NCBI GenBank assembly: GCA_963751955.1
Contig: CAVVWM010000014.1
Span: 8,680-72,679, forward strand
DNA length: 64,000 nt
Direction: 5' to 3'
Origin: an uncultured Acidimicrobiales bacterium
Lineage (GTDB): Bacteria; Actinomycetota; Acidimicrobiia; Acidimicrobiales; SZUA-35
The translations under genes were made by a program, and so were the position numbers. Positions 1 through 10,664 of this stretch are shown here, in pieces (positions within the stretch are counted from its first letter, which is position 1; each line of letters begins with the position of its first letter). Below the pieces are notes generated by a model. The model worked only from the letters and a program-made list of their open reading frames with translations. It was not told the DNA's origin and did no database searches.

Positions 1-2374
1 GAGGACTATGCGGGTCTTAATTCGGCGGAGTCTCGTGTTGGCTCTGTCGAAATGTTCTTCCCGGCGACTGTGGCCTATGGCGGTATTGTCTATACCGGTG
101 TTCAGGTCAAGATCCGTGGCGGTAGTTGGGCTCGAGCCAACAACGCCAAACAGGGGATCTCGGTCGAGTTTCCCAGCGGCCACGACTTTGTGGCCCCTGA
201 ACTGTTCCCGTATCCCGTTGATGAGTTCGCTCTCAAACATGATTTCAGTGTGTCTCGGGCGATTGTGTCCTGGGATGTGTTCGATCAGGCTGGTTTCGCT
301 GATTACACCACCTTCAAGGTGCGGGTCCAGAAGAACGGTGTGTTCCATGCCCAGTATCGGGTGAAAGACAAACTCGATGGGACCTGGCGATCCGAACAGG
401 GATACGACACCGGACAGTTCTTCAAAGCCGACGGCGGCTTCAAATACGAATACGGCGACAACGGCGGTTTCGATAAGAAGAGCCCCGACGACGGCGACTA
501 CACCGATATTGATGATCTCGTGGATCTGGTGAAGGACAATCCTTCGGCAGCGGTGTTGTGGGAGACCTTTGATGTGCCCAACATCGTTAACTACTGGGCT
601 GTGTCAGCGGTGATCCGCCACCAAGACCAGGATTACCACAATTGGTACATCTACTTCGATGAGTTCGGCACCGGAGAGTGGAGCCTTGTGCCCTGGGATC
701 TCGATCACACGTGGGGTTCCAACGGTAACGAACCATGCCGTGGACAGTCGATGGTCACGTTGAGCTGCCTGGAAAATCCGTTGTTCGATGTGTTCTGGGA
801 TGTCCCGGAGTTCCGGACCATGTATTTCCGGCGTATCCGGTCTCTGCTTGATGGCCCGCTCGCTCCGCCCCGGATCGAGAACCTCAACGCCGCCATCCGT
901 GCCGGTTTGGAAGCTGACGCCGAGGAAGAACGCCTCGAGTGGGGCGAGAACCCGCTGTGGGGCGATGATCTGGACTTCCTTGGTAACGTGCAGGATCGTC
1001 GGGACCTCTTCGAGGCCGATAGTCGGGTGCCCGGCTCACAGCCAGTCGGCACCGGGCATTGTGATCAATGAACTTCATTACAACCCGATCGATGGGTTCC
1101 CTGAGTTCCTGGAGTTGTTCAACACCACCGATGAATGGATCGACCTTTCACTTTGGGAGTTGGACGGCACCGGGCTCACGATCCCGGGTGGCACCATTGT
1201 TGAACCCAACGGTCACATCGTGTTCACCGATGACCTGCCCCTGTTCCGCTCCGTCCACAACCCTGGGGCTGACTACCTCGTGGTCCAGTATCCCGGCGGT
1301 CTCAAAGGCGGAGGAGAACTCATCGAGTTGCGCACCCCCGATGGCACGGTCATCGACTCGGTCGAATACGACGACGTCGATCCCTGGACACCTGTGCCCG
1401 ACGCAGGTGTCTACTCGCTTGAACTGACCGGTCCCTCAATTGACAACCACCTGCCGTCGGCTTGGAGTGCTTCGGTGGCCGAGGGCGGCACCCCCGGTCA
1501 GATGAACGCCATCGAAGACCCGGTTGATCCTGTTGATCCGGTTGATCCGGTTGATCCGGTTGATCCGGTTGATCCGGTTGATCCTGTTGATCCTGTTGAT
1601 CCGGTTGATCCGGTTGATCCGGTTGATCCTGTTGATCCGTGTTGATCCGGTTGATCCGGTTGATCCTGTTGATCCTGTTGATCCTGTTGATCCGGTTGAT
1701 CCGGTTGATCCGGTTGATCCGGTTGATCCGTGTTGATCCTGTTGATCCTGTTGATCCTGTTGATCCTGTTGATCCGGTTGATCCGGTTGATCCTGTTGAT
1801 CCTGTTGATCCGGTTGATCCGGTTGATCCGGTTGATCCGGTTGATCCTGTTGATCCGGTTGATCCGGTTGATCCTGTTGATCCGGTTGATCCTGTTGATC
1901 CCGGTCGACCCGGTCGATCCAGTAGATCCAGTTGACCCTCCGGATACCGGAGAGAACACCATCGCAAACGCTACGACGCTGGCCGAGATCATGGCTTCGA
2001 TCGACTACAACCAGGCTGAGCACGAAGACATCCTCCGGTTGTATGCCGCTTTCTTCAACCGTCAACCCGACGCCGCCGGTGCACGCTATTGGATCGTCGA
2101 CATCTACGAAGGACTCGGAGCCAACCTCGACATGATCGCAGCCGAGTTCGCTCTCAGCCAAGAGTTCCAAAACACCTACGGGTCAGTAAACAACGAGGAA
2201 TACCTCCGCATTCTTTACCAGAACGTGCTCCTCCGGCCACCAGACACCACCGGTTTCAACTACTGGCTATCACTACTCCAGAACGGCCAACTCAACCGAG
2301 GATCAGTAGTCCGATGGGTCGCCGCCGGCGAAGAATTCCAGACCAGAGTCCAATTCCCCAAACTCACCCCCTAG
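1..2374 (+). pseudogene. Secreted LTD/CotH-like/LTD/(PVD)n/DUF4214 protein, paralog 1 (5' end outside window; frame broken at least 4 times)
   Basis: Frame 1 from nt 1 (EDYAGLNSAE..FFPATVAYGG..WDLDHTWG..YFRRIRSLLDG) matches the CotH-like core of the 2799..5617 paralog at roughly 9 of 10 residues by eye. There is a stop at 1069-1071, but frame 2 continues with a lamin-tail-domain motif (IVINELHYNPIDGFPEFLELFN). Further +1 shifts occur at about 1640, 1731 and 1900 inside the 9-bp repeat. The C-terminus (ILRLYAAFFNRQPDAAGARYW..GFNYWLSLL) is DUF4214-like, ending at TAG 2372-2374. Confidence 0.65.
1520..1936 (+). repeat. 9-bp in-gene microsatellite, about 46 units of ccg/cct-gtt-gat (Pro-Val-Asp)
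   Basis: I counted 42 near-perfect units that differ only by ccg versus cct, then 4 degenerate units. Three units are 10 nt long: ccgtgttgat at 1637-1646 and 1728-1737, and cccggtcgac at 1900-1909. Each shifts the frame by +1. Confidence 0.95.
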
Positions 2375-2429
2375 AGCGCCAGACCCTGGAACAGAAACAG
2401 GCAAGGCAGCAACAGACTGTCAACACCCG

Positions 2430-2460
2430 GACGCTGGTCGAACTGTCCACGACCAGCGTC
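2430..2460 (+). terminator. Hairpin downstream of CotH paralog 1 (11-bp stem gacgctggtcg/cgaccagcgtc, 9-nt loop)
   Basis: Perfect inverted repeat read directly from the sequence. No U-tract follows, so terminator function is inferred only. Confidence 0.35.
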
Positions 2461-2521
2461 AGCCAGGGGTACAACAGACCGTGTGTGGCCCAACGGCCCT
2501 TGCCTGGTGAATCCCGAACTA

Positions 2522-2549
2522 CAGCTGCCAATTCCAATAGTGGCAGCTG
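2522..2549 (+). terminator. Second hairpin downstream of paralog 1 (9-bp stem cagctgcca/tggcagctg, 10-nt loop)
   Basis: Perfect inverted repeat with no U-tract. Confidence 0.3.
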
Positions 2550-2798
2550 AAGCGAATTGTCTTCGGTTCGAGCTACGAGCAGGTTGCAGATCCGCTGTCG
2601 TGAACGGTGCTTCCAGTGTCGAGGAATTGCCAGGAGAACGAGTTCGCGAGCATTGCCGGGGCCTGCGTGTTCAGTTTTGGGGGTCTTGGTTCGTGGTTGG
2701 GCTGCTTGCCTTATGTGGCGGGGGCCGCTGTGCTCAGTCGGTTGGTTGGTTTGGGTGTGACACTCGCTAGTCAACTGGTTTCTTTGAGGTGGTTTGGT

Positions 2799-5617
2799 AT
2801 GCGAAAGTTCGTGGTGTTTGGTGTGGTTCTTGCGGTGTTTGCTGCGACGGCTGCACCGGTTGGGGCTGCGACCGGTTCGGTGGTGATCAATGAGATCATG
2901 TACAACCCGGCGTCCGATATCGATGGGCACGAGTTTTTGGAGCTTCATAATCCGGGTGATACGGCGGTCTCGCTCAACGGGATGTCTTTCACTGAGGGTA
3001 TCGAGGGCACGTTTGGGGATGTCACCCTTGGTGCTGGTGAGTATGTGATTGTGTCGCCGTCGTCGACGACGAGTCAGAGTGTGTATGGGGTTGCGGCTGT
3101 GCTGGAGTACACCGGCAAGATCGGGAACGGTGGGGAGACTGTGACCCTTACTGCTGCGGATGGGGTCACTGTTGTTGATTCGGTGACCTATACCGATGAT
3201 CCTCCGTGGCCGTTGTCACCTGATGGGGATGGTCCGTCGCTGGAGTTGATCAACCCTTTGTTCGACAATGACGTTGCGGCCAGTTGGGGCGCATCCACGA
3301 CCCCGACTCCGGGCGCTCAGAACAGTATCTATGGTGACGCACCGTCGGTTCAGTTCGGGCCCGTCACGGTTGCCCCCGCATGGCCCGAGGCCAATGTCCA
3401 AACCACAATCTCGCTCGACATTCCGAACACCGGCAGCGCGACGTTGTTTTATCGGGTGATGTTTGGTTCTGAGGTTTCGGTTCCGATGTCGAAGTCGGGT
3501 TCCAGGTTTTCGGCTACAGGTTCCGGGTCAGGCCGCGGGCTCACTGGTTCGATATCGAATCCAGACCAGTACTGGGCGCCACTGTTGCCGAGTGCTGATG
3601 ACAGCATCTCGGATCTCGGGTTTGTGGTGAAGAAGCCGGTGACGACGAATCTGCCGACGTTGGAGTGGTTCATCACCGACGAGGACTATGCGGCTCTCAA
3701 TTCGGCGGAGTCCCGCCTTGGTCCGCTCGAGCTGTTCTTCCCGGCAACCATTGCGTATGACGGTGTTGTGTATACCGGGGTGGAGGTCAAGATCCGTGGC
3801 GGCGGCTGGGCCCGGGAGAACAATGCGAAACAAGGGATCTCCGTCGAGTTCCCCAAAGGGCACGACTTCGACGCCCCCGATCTGTTCCCTTATCCCGTCG
3901 ACGAGTTCGCTCTCAAATACGACTTCAGCGTGGCCCGGGGGATCGTGTCCTGGGATGTGTTCGATCAGGCCGGTTTCGCTGATTACACCACCTTCAACGT
4001 GCGGGTCCAGAAGAACGGTGTGTTCCATGCCCAGTATCGGGTGAAGGACAAGCTCGATGGGACCTGGCGATCCGAACAGGGATACGACACCGGACAGTTC
4101 TTCAAAGCCGAGGGTGGTTTCAAATACCACGACGACAACGGCGGTTTCGACAAGAAGAGCCCCGACGACGGCGACTACACCGACATCGACGATCTCGTGG
4201 ATCTGGTGAAGAGCAATCCATCCGCAGCCACGCTGTGGGAGACCTTCGACGTGCCCAACATCGTGAACTACTGGGCCGTTTCAGCGGTGATCCGTCACCA
4301 AGACCAGGACCACCACAACAAGTACATCTACTTCGACGAGTTCGGTACCGGGCAGTGGAGCCTCGTGCCGTGGGATCTCGATCACACCTGGGGCTCGGAG
4401 GGGAACGCGCCCTGCGCGGGCCAGTCGATGGTGACGCTCACGTGCCTGGGTCATCCGCTCTACGACGCGTTCTGGGATGTCCCCGAGTTCCGCACGATGT
4501 ATTTCCGGCGTATCCGGTCCCTGCTTGACGGCCCGCTCGCTCCGCCCCGGATCGAGAACCTCAACGCTGCCATCCGTGCCGGTTTGGAAGCTGACTTCGA
4601 GGAAGAACGCCTCGAGTGGGGTGATAACCCGTTGTTTGGCAACGACCTGGACTTCCTCGGTAACGTGCAGTCCCGTCGGGACCTCTTCGAAGCCGACAGC
4701 CGGGTGCCCGACTCCCAACCATTGGTGCCGAACATCGTGATTAACGAACTGGTGTACAAACCGATCGATGGGTTCCCCGAGTTCCTGGAGTTGTTCAACC
4801 CGACCGATGAATGGATCGACCTCTCACTTTGGGAGTTGGACGGCACCGGGCTCACGATCCCAGGTGGCACGGTCATCAAGCCCAAGGGCTACATCGTGTT
4901 CACCGATGACCTGCCCCTGTTCCGCTCCGTCCACAACCCTGGGGCTGACTACCTCGTGATCCAGTATCCGGGCGGACTGAAGAGTGCCGGGGAAATGGTG
5001 GAGCTCACCACTGCCTCCGGAGCTGTCGTGGACAGCGTGGACTACAAGTCCGTCGCGCCGTGGCCGACCTTGCCGCTCGAAGGTCAGTACTCACTGGAGC
5101 GCAAGGACTCATCATCGGCCGCCGGTTCGGCCTCGGCATGGCGTTCGTCGATTCCTGTCGGTGGAACACCGGGTACCACAAACTCCCCCGGCCAGCCCCG
5201 GATAGCCGATGCTACGACGCTTGTGGAGGTCCAGCAGGCTCGATCGACTACAACCAGGCTGAGCACGAAGACATCCTTCGGTTGTATGCCGCTTTCTTCA
5301 ACCGTCAACCCGACGCCGCCGGTGCACGCTATTGGATCGTCGACATCTACGAAGGACTCGGAGCCAACCTCGACGTGATCGCAGCCGAGTTCGCTCTCAG
5401 CCAAGAGTTCCAGAACACCTACGGGTTAGTAAACAACGAGGAGTACCTCCGCATTCTTTACCAGAACGTGCTCCTCCGGCCACCAGACACCGCCGGTTTC
5501 AACTACTGGCTATCACTACTCCAGAACGGCCAACTCAACCGAGGATCAGTAGTCCGATGGGTCGCCGCCGGCGAAGAATTCCAGACCAGGGTCCAATTCC
5601 CCAAACTCACCCCCTAG
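2799..5617 (+). CDS. Secreted LTD/CotH-kinase-like/LTD/DUF4214 protein, paralog 2 (one frame break near 5240)
   Basis: ATG 2799 follows gaggtgg. Signal-peptide-like MRKFVVFGVVLAVFAATAAPVGAATG. LTD motif VVINEIMYNPASD..FLELHNPG, CotH-like core, then a second LTD (IVINELVYKPIDGFPEFLELFNP). The frame-0 ORF runs off into nonsense after ADATTLVEVQQ. Frame 2 continues IDYNQAEHEDILRLYAAFF..(DUF4214) to TAG 5615-5617. Compared with paralog 1 (gct tcg atc gac), one t is missing here (gct cg atc gac). Confidence 0.8.
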
Positions 5618-5797
5618 GGAAAGAAATCCTGGGCATAAAGAACAATCTGAAGATCCGCTTTCGTACACGGTGCTTTCAGCACCAGGAAATTGCCACGAGA
5701 AAGAGTCGGCGGTGAGATCTAGGGCTGGTGGCACACGTTCCGCTTTCGGATCGGTTCAGGGAGACGAAACCAGCCGTACTGAACTACCGTCGCCGCC

Positions 5798-6883
5798 ATG
5801 GCACAAGAAGTACGTGGAGTTATTGCCCGAGCGAAGGGCGAACCGGTCACCATCGAAACAATCGTCGTTCCCGATCCCGGCCCGGGCGAGGCGGTGGTGA
5901 AGATCCAGGCCTGCGGGGTCTGCCACACCGACCTCCACTACCGCGAGGGCGGGATCAACGATGAATTTCCGTTCCTGTTGGGTCACGAGGCAGCCGGAAT
6001 CGTGGAGTCGGTTGGTCCCGATGTAACCGACGTTTCGCCCGGTGACTACGTGATTCTCAACTGGCGAGCGGTGTGCGGCAACTGCCGCTCGTGCCTGAAG
6101 GGCAAACCCCAGTACTGCTTCAATACCCACAATGCCACCCAGAAGATGACCCTCACAGACGGGACCGAACTCTCACCGGCGCTCGGAATTGGAGCGTTCT
6201 GCGACAAGACGCTCGTGGCCAGTGGCCAATGCACCAAGGTAAACCCCGCCGCCAAACCAGAAGTAGCCGGCCTGCTGGGCTGTGGGGTGATGGCAGGTCT
6301 CGGTGCAGCCATGAACACCGGCGAGGTTGGCCGAGGGGATTCGGTGGCAGTGTTCGGTTGCGGCGGAGTTGGCGATGCGGCAATCGAAGGTTCTCGCGTT
6401 GCGGGAGCGTCGACGATCATCGCTGTCGACCTGGATGACACCAAGCTCGAGTGGGCAAAGGGCTTCGGGGCCACCCACACGATCAATGCAACCAAAGAAG
6501 ATGCGGTTGAGAAGATCCGTGAGTACACCGGCGGCAATGGAGCCGATGTGGTGATCGAGGCCATCGGGTTGCCCCAGGTCTATGAACAAGCCTTCTATGC
6601 CCGCGATCTTGCTGGCACTGTGGTTCTCGTCGGAGTACCGAATCCCGAAATGAAGATCGAACTCCCCTTCATTGACATCTTCGGGCGAGGCGGAGCGCTC
6701 AAGTCGTCGTGGTATGGCGACTGCCTCCCGAGTCGAGATTTTCCGATGTTGATCGACCTCTACCTCCAAGGGCGACTTAACCTTGACGGGTTCGTTTCAG
6801 AGACGATCGGGCTGGAAGACGTTGAAGCTGCTTTTCACAAGATGGAACAAGGCGGCGTACTGCGCAGCGTGGTGGTGATGTAA
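5798..6883 (+). CDS. mscR: S-(hydroxymethyl)mycothiol dehydrogenase / class III Zn alcohol dehydrogenase
   Basis: 361 aa. [40 protein letters not shown] and a C-terminal VLRSVVVM closely resemble my recollection of mycobacterial MscR (Rv2259). Confidence 0.85.
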   Translation: MAQEVRGVIARAKGEPVTIETIVVPDPGPGEAVVKIQACGVCHTDLHYREGGINDEFPFLLGHEAAGIVESVGPDVTDVSPGDYVILNWRAVCGNCRSCLKGKPQYCFNTHNATQKMTLTDGTELSPALGIGAFCDKTLVASGQCTKVNPAAKPEVAGLLGCGVMAGLGAAMNTGEVGRGDSVAVFGCGGVGDAAIEGSRVAGASTIIAVDLDDTKLEWAKGFGATHTINATKEDAVEKIREYTGGNGADVVIEAIGLPQVYEQAFYARDLAGTVVLVGVPNPEMKIELPFIDIFGRGGALKSSWYGDCLPSRDFPMLIDLYLQGRLNLDGFVSETIGLEDVEAAFHKMEQGGVLRSVVVM

Positions 6884-7500
6884 TGACCGCACGAATCGAC
6901 CGCGTCATCACCTCCGGGATCTTCAGCTTGGACGGCGAAGACTTCAACGTGGACAACAACGTCTGGCTCGTCGGCGACGACGACGAGGTCGTCGTCATCG
7001 ATGCCGCCCATGACCACGAGCCGATCCTCGAGGGGATCGCAGGGCGAAAGGTCAAAGCGATCGTCTGCACGCACGGCCACAACGATCACATCAATGCAGC
7101 CGGCGCTCTCTCGGACGAAACCGGCGCTCCAATTCTCCTGCATCCTGACGACGAGATGTTGTGGCAAGTCGAGTATCCCCACCGTCGCTTCGATGACTCG
7201 TTGCGGGACAGTCTCAAGCTTGAAATCGGCAATCACGAGATGGACGTGCTGCACACCCCCGGCCATTCGCCCGGTGGTTGTTGTCTTCATCTGCCCGGCG
7301 ACGGTGTTGTGTTCAGCGGCGACACGCTGTTCAACGGTGGCCCCGGCGCCACCGGTCGGAGTTTCAGCAGCTACGAGGTAATCGTGGAGAGCATTACCAA
7401 CCGGTTGTTCACCCTGCCGTATGACACTGTCGTGAACACCGGCCATGGCCAGTCGACGACGATCGGTGCCGAAGTAGTGAATCTGGCCAAGGCTGACTGA
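6883..7500 (+). CDS. MBL-fold metallo-hydrolase
   Basis: 205 aa with the THGHNDH (HxHxDH) motif. Its start overlaps the mscR stop by 1 nt (taATG). It has the same pairing as mscR/Rv2260 in mycobacteria. Confidence 0.8.
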   Translation: MTARIDRVITSGIFSLDGEDFNVDNNVWLVGDDDEVVVIDAAHDHEPILEGIAGRKVKAIVCTHGHNDHINAAGALSDETGAPILLHPDDEMLWQVEYPHRRFDDSLRDSLKLEIGNHEMDVLHTPGHSPGGCCLHLPGDGVVFSGDTLFNGGPGATGRSFSSYEVIVESITNRLFTLPYDTVVNTGHGQSTTIGAEVVNLAKAD

Positions 7501-7513
7501 GCGCATTCAGGCA

Positions 7514-7545
7514 GGCTCCAACGATCAGGTATGACCGTTGGAGCC
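7514..7545. terminator. Hairpin between convergent genes (10-bp stem ggctccaacg/cgttggagcc, 12-nt loop)
   Basis: Perfect inverted repeat located between the MBL stop (7500) and the stop of the minus-strand gene (7579). Confidence 0.45.
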
Positions 7546-7578
7546 TTGATGCCCGCACGGCCCAGGACCGCAGCGGAT

Positions 7579-8904
7579 TCAGCCCAAGGTGTGAGCGTGT
7601 GCAGCGTTCTGTGGTGCAATCGGAGGCTGCGTCGCGGCGTGTGAATTGATGGCTGTGCCGTTGCGGTCTCCTAGCTTGAGTACCGATGCGGCAAACCGTT
7701 CCGCCAGCTGGTCTGCCCAGCCAGTCACGCGGACGTCGTCGGTCATGATGATGATCTGACCGGTGTGAGCGTGGTCGGTAATGATAGAAAGTGCTGCGGC
7801 AACGTCGAAGTCATCGAGAATGGTGAACGGTTCGTCAAGGATTACCGGGAGTGACTCGCCGAGCTGTGATCCCGCCCGGTCGAGATGGCGGTGGATTCGT
7901 TCCACCATCTCGGCCGGGTCGGTAATCGGGGCGGCAACCCGATAGTGGCCACGTGCTGCAGCTTCGATCTCGCGGCGGTGAGTGACGGCCCATTCGAGGG
8001 GCACAACACCCACGAGGTCTTGCCAGCACTCCTTCGCAAAGCGGTGGATTTCGCGCAGCTTGATGATTCCGGAACTGTGCTCTGGTCGTGCAGTGAGAGC
8101 TTCGACCTGGATGAGTTGAAGATTGAAGTAGCTCTTCACTCCAGCCTCGTTGAGGATCAGAATCTCAGCCTCACGGGCCTGTTCGAGCTGCTGGTAGTTG
8201 ACGAAGCTGGCGCCTGCACACGCCATCGAGAGAGCAAGAAAAGGGATTGCGGCCAACGGGTGGAGGATGAGGATACCGATGAAGGCCAGTAGCGCTAAGG
8301 CGGCTGAGCTCGCCATCAGCGCAGCCCGCGAATTCTCCATTCGCTCTTTGGCTCGCTCGACCGCGAGATGGCAGTCCTCGATCGCATCGACGTAGGTCTC
8401 GTAGCTGTCTGAATTCTCGGACACGCCGGACTGGTTGGCAACTTCAACCTCGACCTCGGCCAGAGTGAGCGCTGCGGACCACAGCTCGTCTTGATTCAGG
8501 CGCCCCAACCGGCGAATGAGGTCGTCGATGCGCGCTTCAGCTTGGATGCTTGCGACTCCGAGCCGCATGAAGGAAGGAAGGTCCTTCCGGCGAACGCCGA
8601 GGCCCCCGGCAATCGAAATCGAGCCGTCTTCTGTCCGGAAGCTTTCACTCACGTCATCTCCGTTGAGGGCATCGACAACGCGGTTTGGTCCGTCGATCGG
8701 GCGTTCGAGCAACAAGATCCGACCCGTATCTTCCAGCAATTCGGCGCTCAGACCAGGGCGCCCGGCGCCCATCGCTGTTGCGATTTCTGCCGTCAGCGCG
8801 TCGCGCTCCAGCTGGCCCAGTCCGGACACAAGCGTTATGCGAGGGTGCAGACGCATCTCCATCTTTTCGGTCGATGTCTCTAGCTTCAGAAGATCGATTC
8901 GCAT
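7579..8904 (-). CDS. SMC/RecF-like ATPase-fold protein with degenerate P-loop and a central membrane hairpin
   Basis: 441 aa. The N-terminal head-like segment (ITLVSGLGQLERDAL) sits where a Walker A would be but lacks GK[ST]. There is a central hydrophobic stretch (ALMASSAALALLAFIGILILHPLAAIPFLALSMACAGA). The C-terminal PVILDEPF is Walker-B-like and is followed by QIIIMTDD. Confidence 0.5.
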   Translation of the reverse strand: MRIDLLKLETSTEKMEMRLHPRITLVSGLGQLERDALTAEIATAMGAGRPGLSAELLEDTGRILLLERPIDGPNRVVDALNGDDVSESFRTEDGSISIAGGLGVRRKDLPSFMRLGVASIQAEARIDDLIRRLGRLNQDELWSAALTLAEVEVEVANQSGVSENSDSYETYVDAIEDCHLAVERAKERMENSRAALMASSAALALLAFIGILILHPLAAIPFLALSMACAGASFVNYQQLEQAREAEILILNEAGVKSYFNLQLIQVEALTARPEHSSGIIKLREIHRFAKECWQDLVGVVPLEWAVTHRREIEAAARGHYRVAAPITDPAEMVERIHRHLDRAGSQLGESLPVILDEPFTILDDFDVAAALSIITDHAHTGQIIIMTDDVRVTGWADQLAERFAASVLKLGDRNGTAINSHAATQPPIAPQNAAHAHTLG

Positions 8905-9171
8905 GACCTAGTGCTTCGGCCAAAAGGCCCACTCGACTTGAGTCGTTTGCACCATTTTTGGTGGTCCCTGGGAACTATTACCTAGTTCCGCAACCCATAT
9001 GTTGGTGTCGGTCCACGGCTCTGCACCTTCCACGGGCTCGTGAGGGGCGTTGTGGCCCAATGAGGTGCCCGAGCCTCTCGGTAGTCTTGTGCGCTTGCCC
9101 GACGCAGAACTCAAAACGACACCAAAGGAACTGTCGGCCGCCGGTTTGGTCGGTCTAACCGCAGGAAAACC

Positions 9172-10266
9172 GTGGTCAACATGGGTATTCGCTGGATCCC
9201 ATTCTTCCTCCCGAACCTGGGGCGAGCCCTTGGTGCTTCGACCGCAGGCCTCACGACCGTTCTGGGATTAGGTGAAATGGCCGGTCTTCTAACCGCCGCG
9301 ACCGGGCGTCAGCTTGATCGAGGGAGAGAACGGCTCATCATGACGGCGGGAATGGGACTCGTGGGCCTTTCGACGATGCTCGCGATCCTCGGAACTTTCA
9401 TGCTCTTTGCAGTGAGTCAGTTCCTGCTGATTCTCGGCTTGTCCCTCTACACCGTGGGTGGTCATTCATACATCTCGCGCCATGTGTCCTTTGCTCGGCG
9501 TGGGCGTTCGATCGGGATCTTCGAGGTCTCCTGGGCCCTTGGACTGCTTGTAGGCGCTCCCCTCGCGGCGCTGCTCATCCAGGGAATCTCATGGAGGGCA
9601 CCGTTCGTGGCGGTTGGCATCATGTCGTTCATCGCCTGCGTGTTTCTGATCCGCACGCCCGAAGATCCAGCTCTGGTACAACCCACTCGACCCACTACCC
9701 AACCAACTGCTCGACTGAATGCCAACGCATGGTTTGCCATTGGGGCATCGGCAGGAATTGCGCTGGCCGGTCTCACCACGATCGTGATCGCGGGGACCTG
9801 GATGGAAGACCGTCTCGGGGTCTCAACCGGTGGAATCGGGGCCGTGGCGATGGGTTTCGGGGCAGTCGAGCTCATGTCCTCGTCCAGCTCGGCCCGTTTC
9901 TCAGATCGGCTCGGGAAGAATCGCTCGACCCGGGCTGCACTCTTGCTGCTCTGCGGTGGCCTTGCGGTGATGGCTGTCGCGCAATCCTCGCTGCTGGTAG
10001 GAGCGGTTGGTCTGGTGGTCTTCTTCGGAGGATTCGAGTATTCGATTGTCACGTCTTTTTCGGTGGTGTCGGAGGCTCTTCCAGCGGCTCGGGGCCGAGT
10101 GCTTTCGGTGAACATGGCGGCTGGCACTGTGGCACGGGGCGTCGGGTCGATCGCCAGCGGATTCCTCTACGAAACCACGGGCATACGTGGGCCGGCGACG
10201 CTATCGGCGTTCGGTGCCCTGTCGGCCTTCGTCCTCATGGGCCGCGTCGCTAGCGATGAGCACTGA
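9172..10266 (+). CDS. MFS transporter (5' end uncertain)
   Basis: Multi-TM protein with MFS motif-A-like GRQLDRGRER after the first visible helix. TM1 seems to be missing. The adjacent frame (ELSAAGLVGLTAGKP, ORF 9050..9271) could supply it if one base is missing in the A-run at 9166-9169. Confidence 0.65.
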   Translation: MVNMGIRWIPFFLPNLGRALGASTAGLTTVLGLGEMAGLLTAATGRQLDRGRERLIMTAGMGLVGLSTMLAILGTFMLFAVSQFLLILGLSLYTVGGHSYISRHVSFARRGRSIGIFEVSWALGLLVGAPLAALLIQGISWRAPFVAVGIMSFIACVFLIRTPEDPALVQPTRPTTQPTARLNANAWFAIGASAGIALAGLTTIVIAGTWMEDRLGVSTGGIGAVAMGFGAVELMSSSSSARFSDRLGKNRSTRAALLLLCGGLAVMAVAQSSLLVGAVGLVVFFGGFEYSIVTSFSVVSEALPAARGRVLSVNMAAGTVARGVGSIASGFLYETTGIRGPATLSAFGALSAFVLMGRVASDEH

Positions 10267-10495
10267 GAAGATCCGATAATCCGCTCAGAAACATCACAAT
10301 CGGCCGAAACGACCGGAGGGCGCAAGGGCCATGATGCGAGGGCTCTCGGGACCGCCATGAGAACACGGCAACTACGGCGAGTGGAGGCCCCATAGGGGCG
10401 GCCGCAATTGTCCAAGGAATTGGTTGGGCGGACCCGTTCGCCGTGGCAAACTATCCCGGTCCGCAAACACGCCGGAGTGCTTGAACGCGGTCGCT

Positions 10496-10571
10496 GCCTC
10501 CTTAGCTCAGTCGGTAGAGCGCTTCCATGGTAAGGAAGAGGTCAACAGTTCAATTCTGTTAGGAGGCTCCA
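10496..10571 (+). tRNA. tRNA-Thr (anticodon GGT), CCA encoded
   Basis: Hand-folded cloverleaf: gcctcct/aggaggc acceptor, gctc..gagc D arm, cttcc-atGGTaa-ggaag anticodon arm, aacag-ttcaatt-ctgtt T arm. 76 nt. Confidence 0.9.
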
Positions 10572-10664
10572 CTAACCAACTCGGCACCGGCCTCGGCCCG
10601 TTGAGTTGGTCCCTCGGTCCAGTGCCGAGAATGTCGCCTGGCTCGCCGAGCGATACCAAATCCT

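Noticed and set aside
1730-1900. Leu/Ile-rich ([11 protein letters not shown]..) N-terminus of ORF 1730..2374 as a genuine membrane anchor
   Set aside because: It is simply the +1 reading of the Pro-Val-Asp repeat. The homologous paralog shows that the DUF4214 module is the C-terminus of the upstream CotH protein.
1350-2170. Minus-strand ORFs encoding STG, INR and QPD repeats
   Set aside because: These are antisense readings of the 9-bp microsatellite, open only because the reverse complement has no stops. They have no independent coding evidence.
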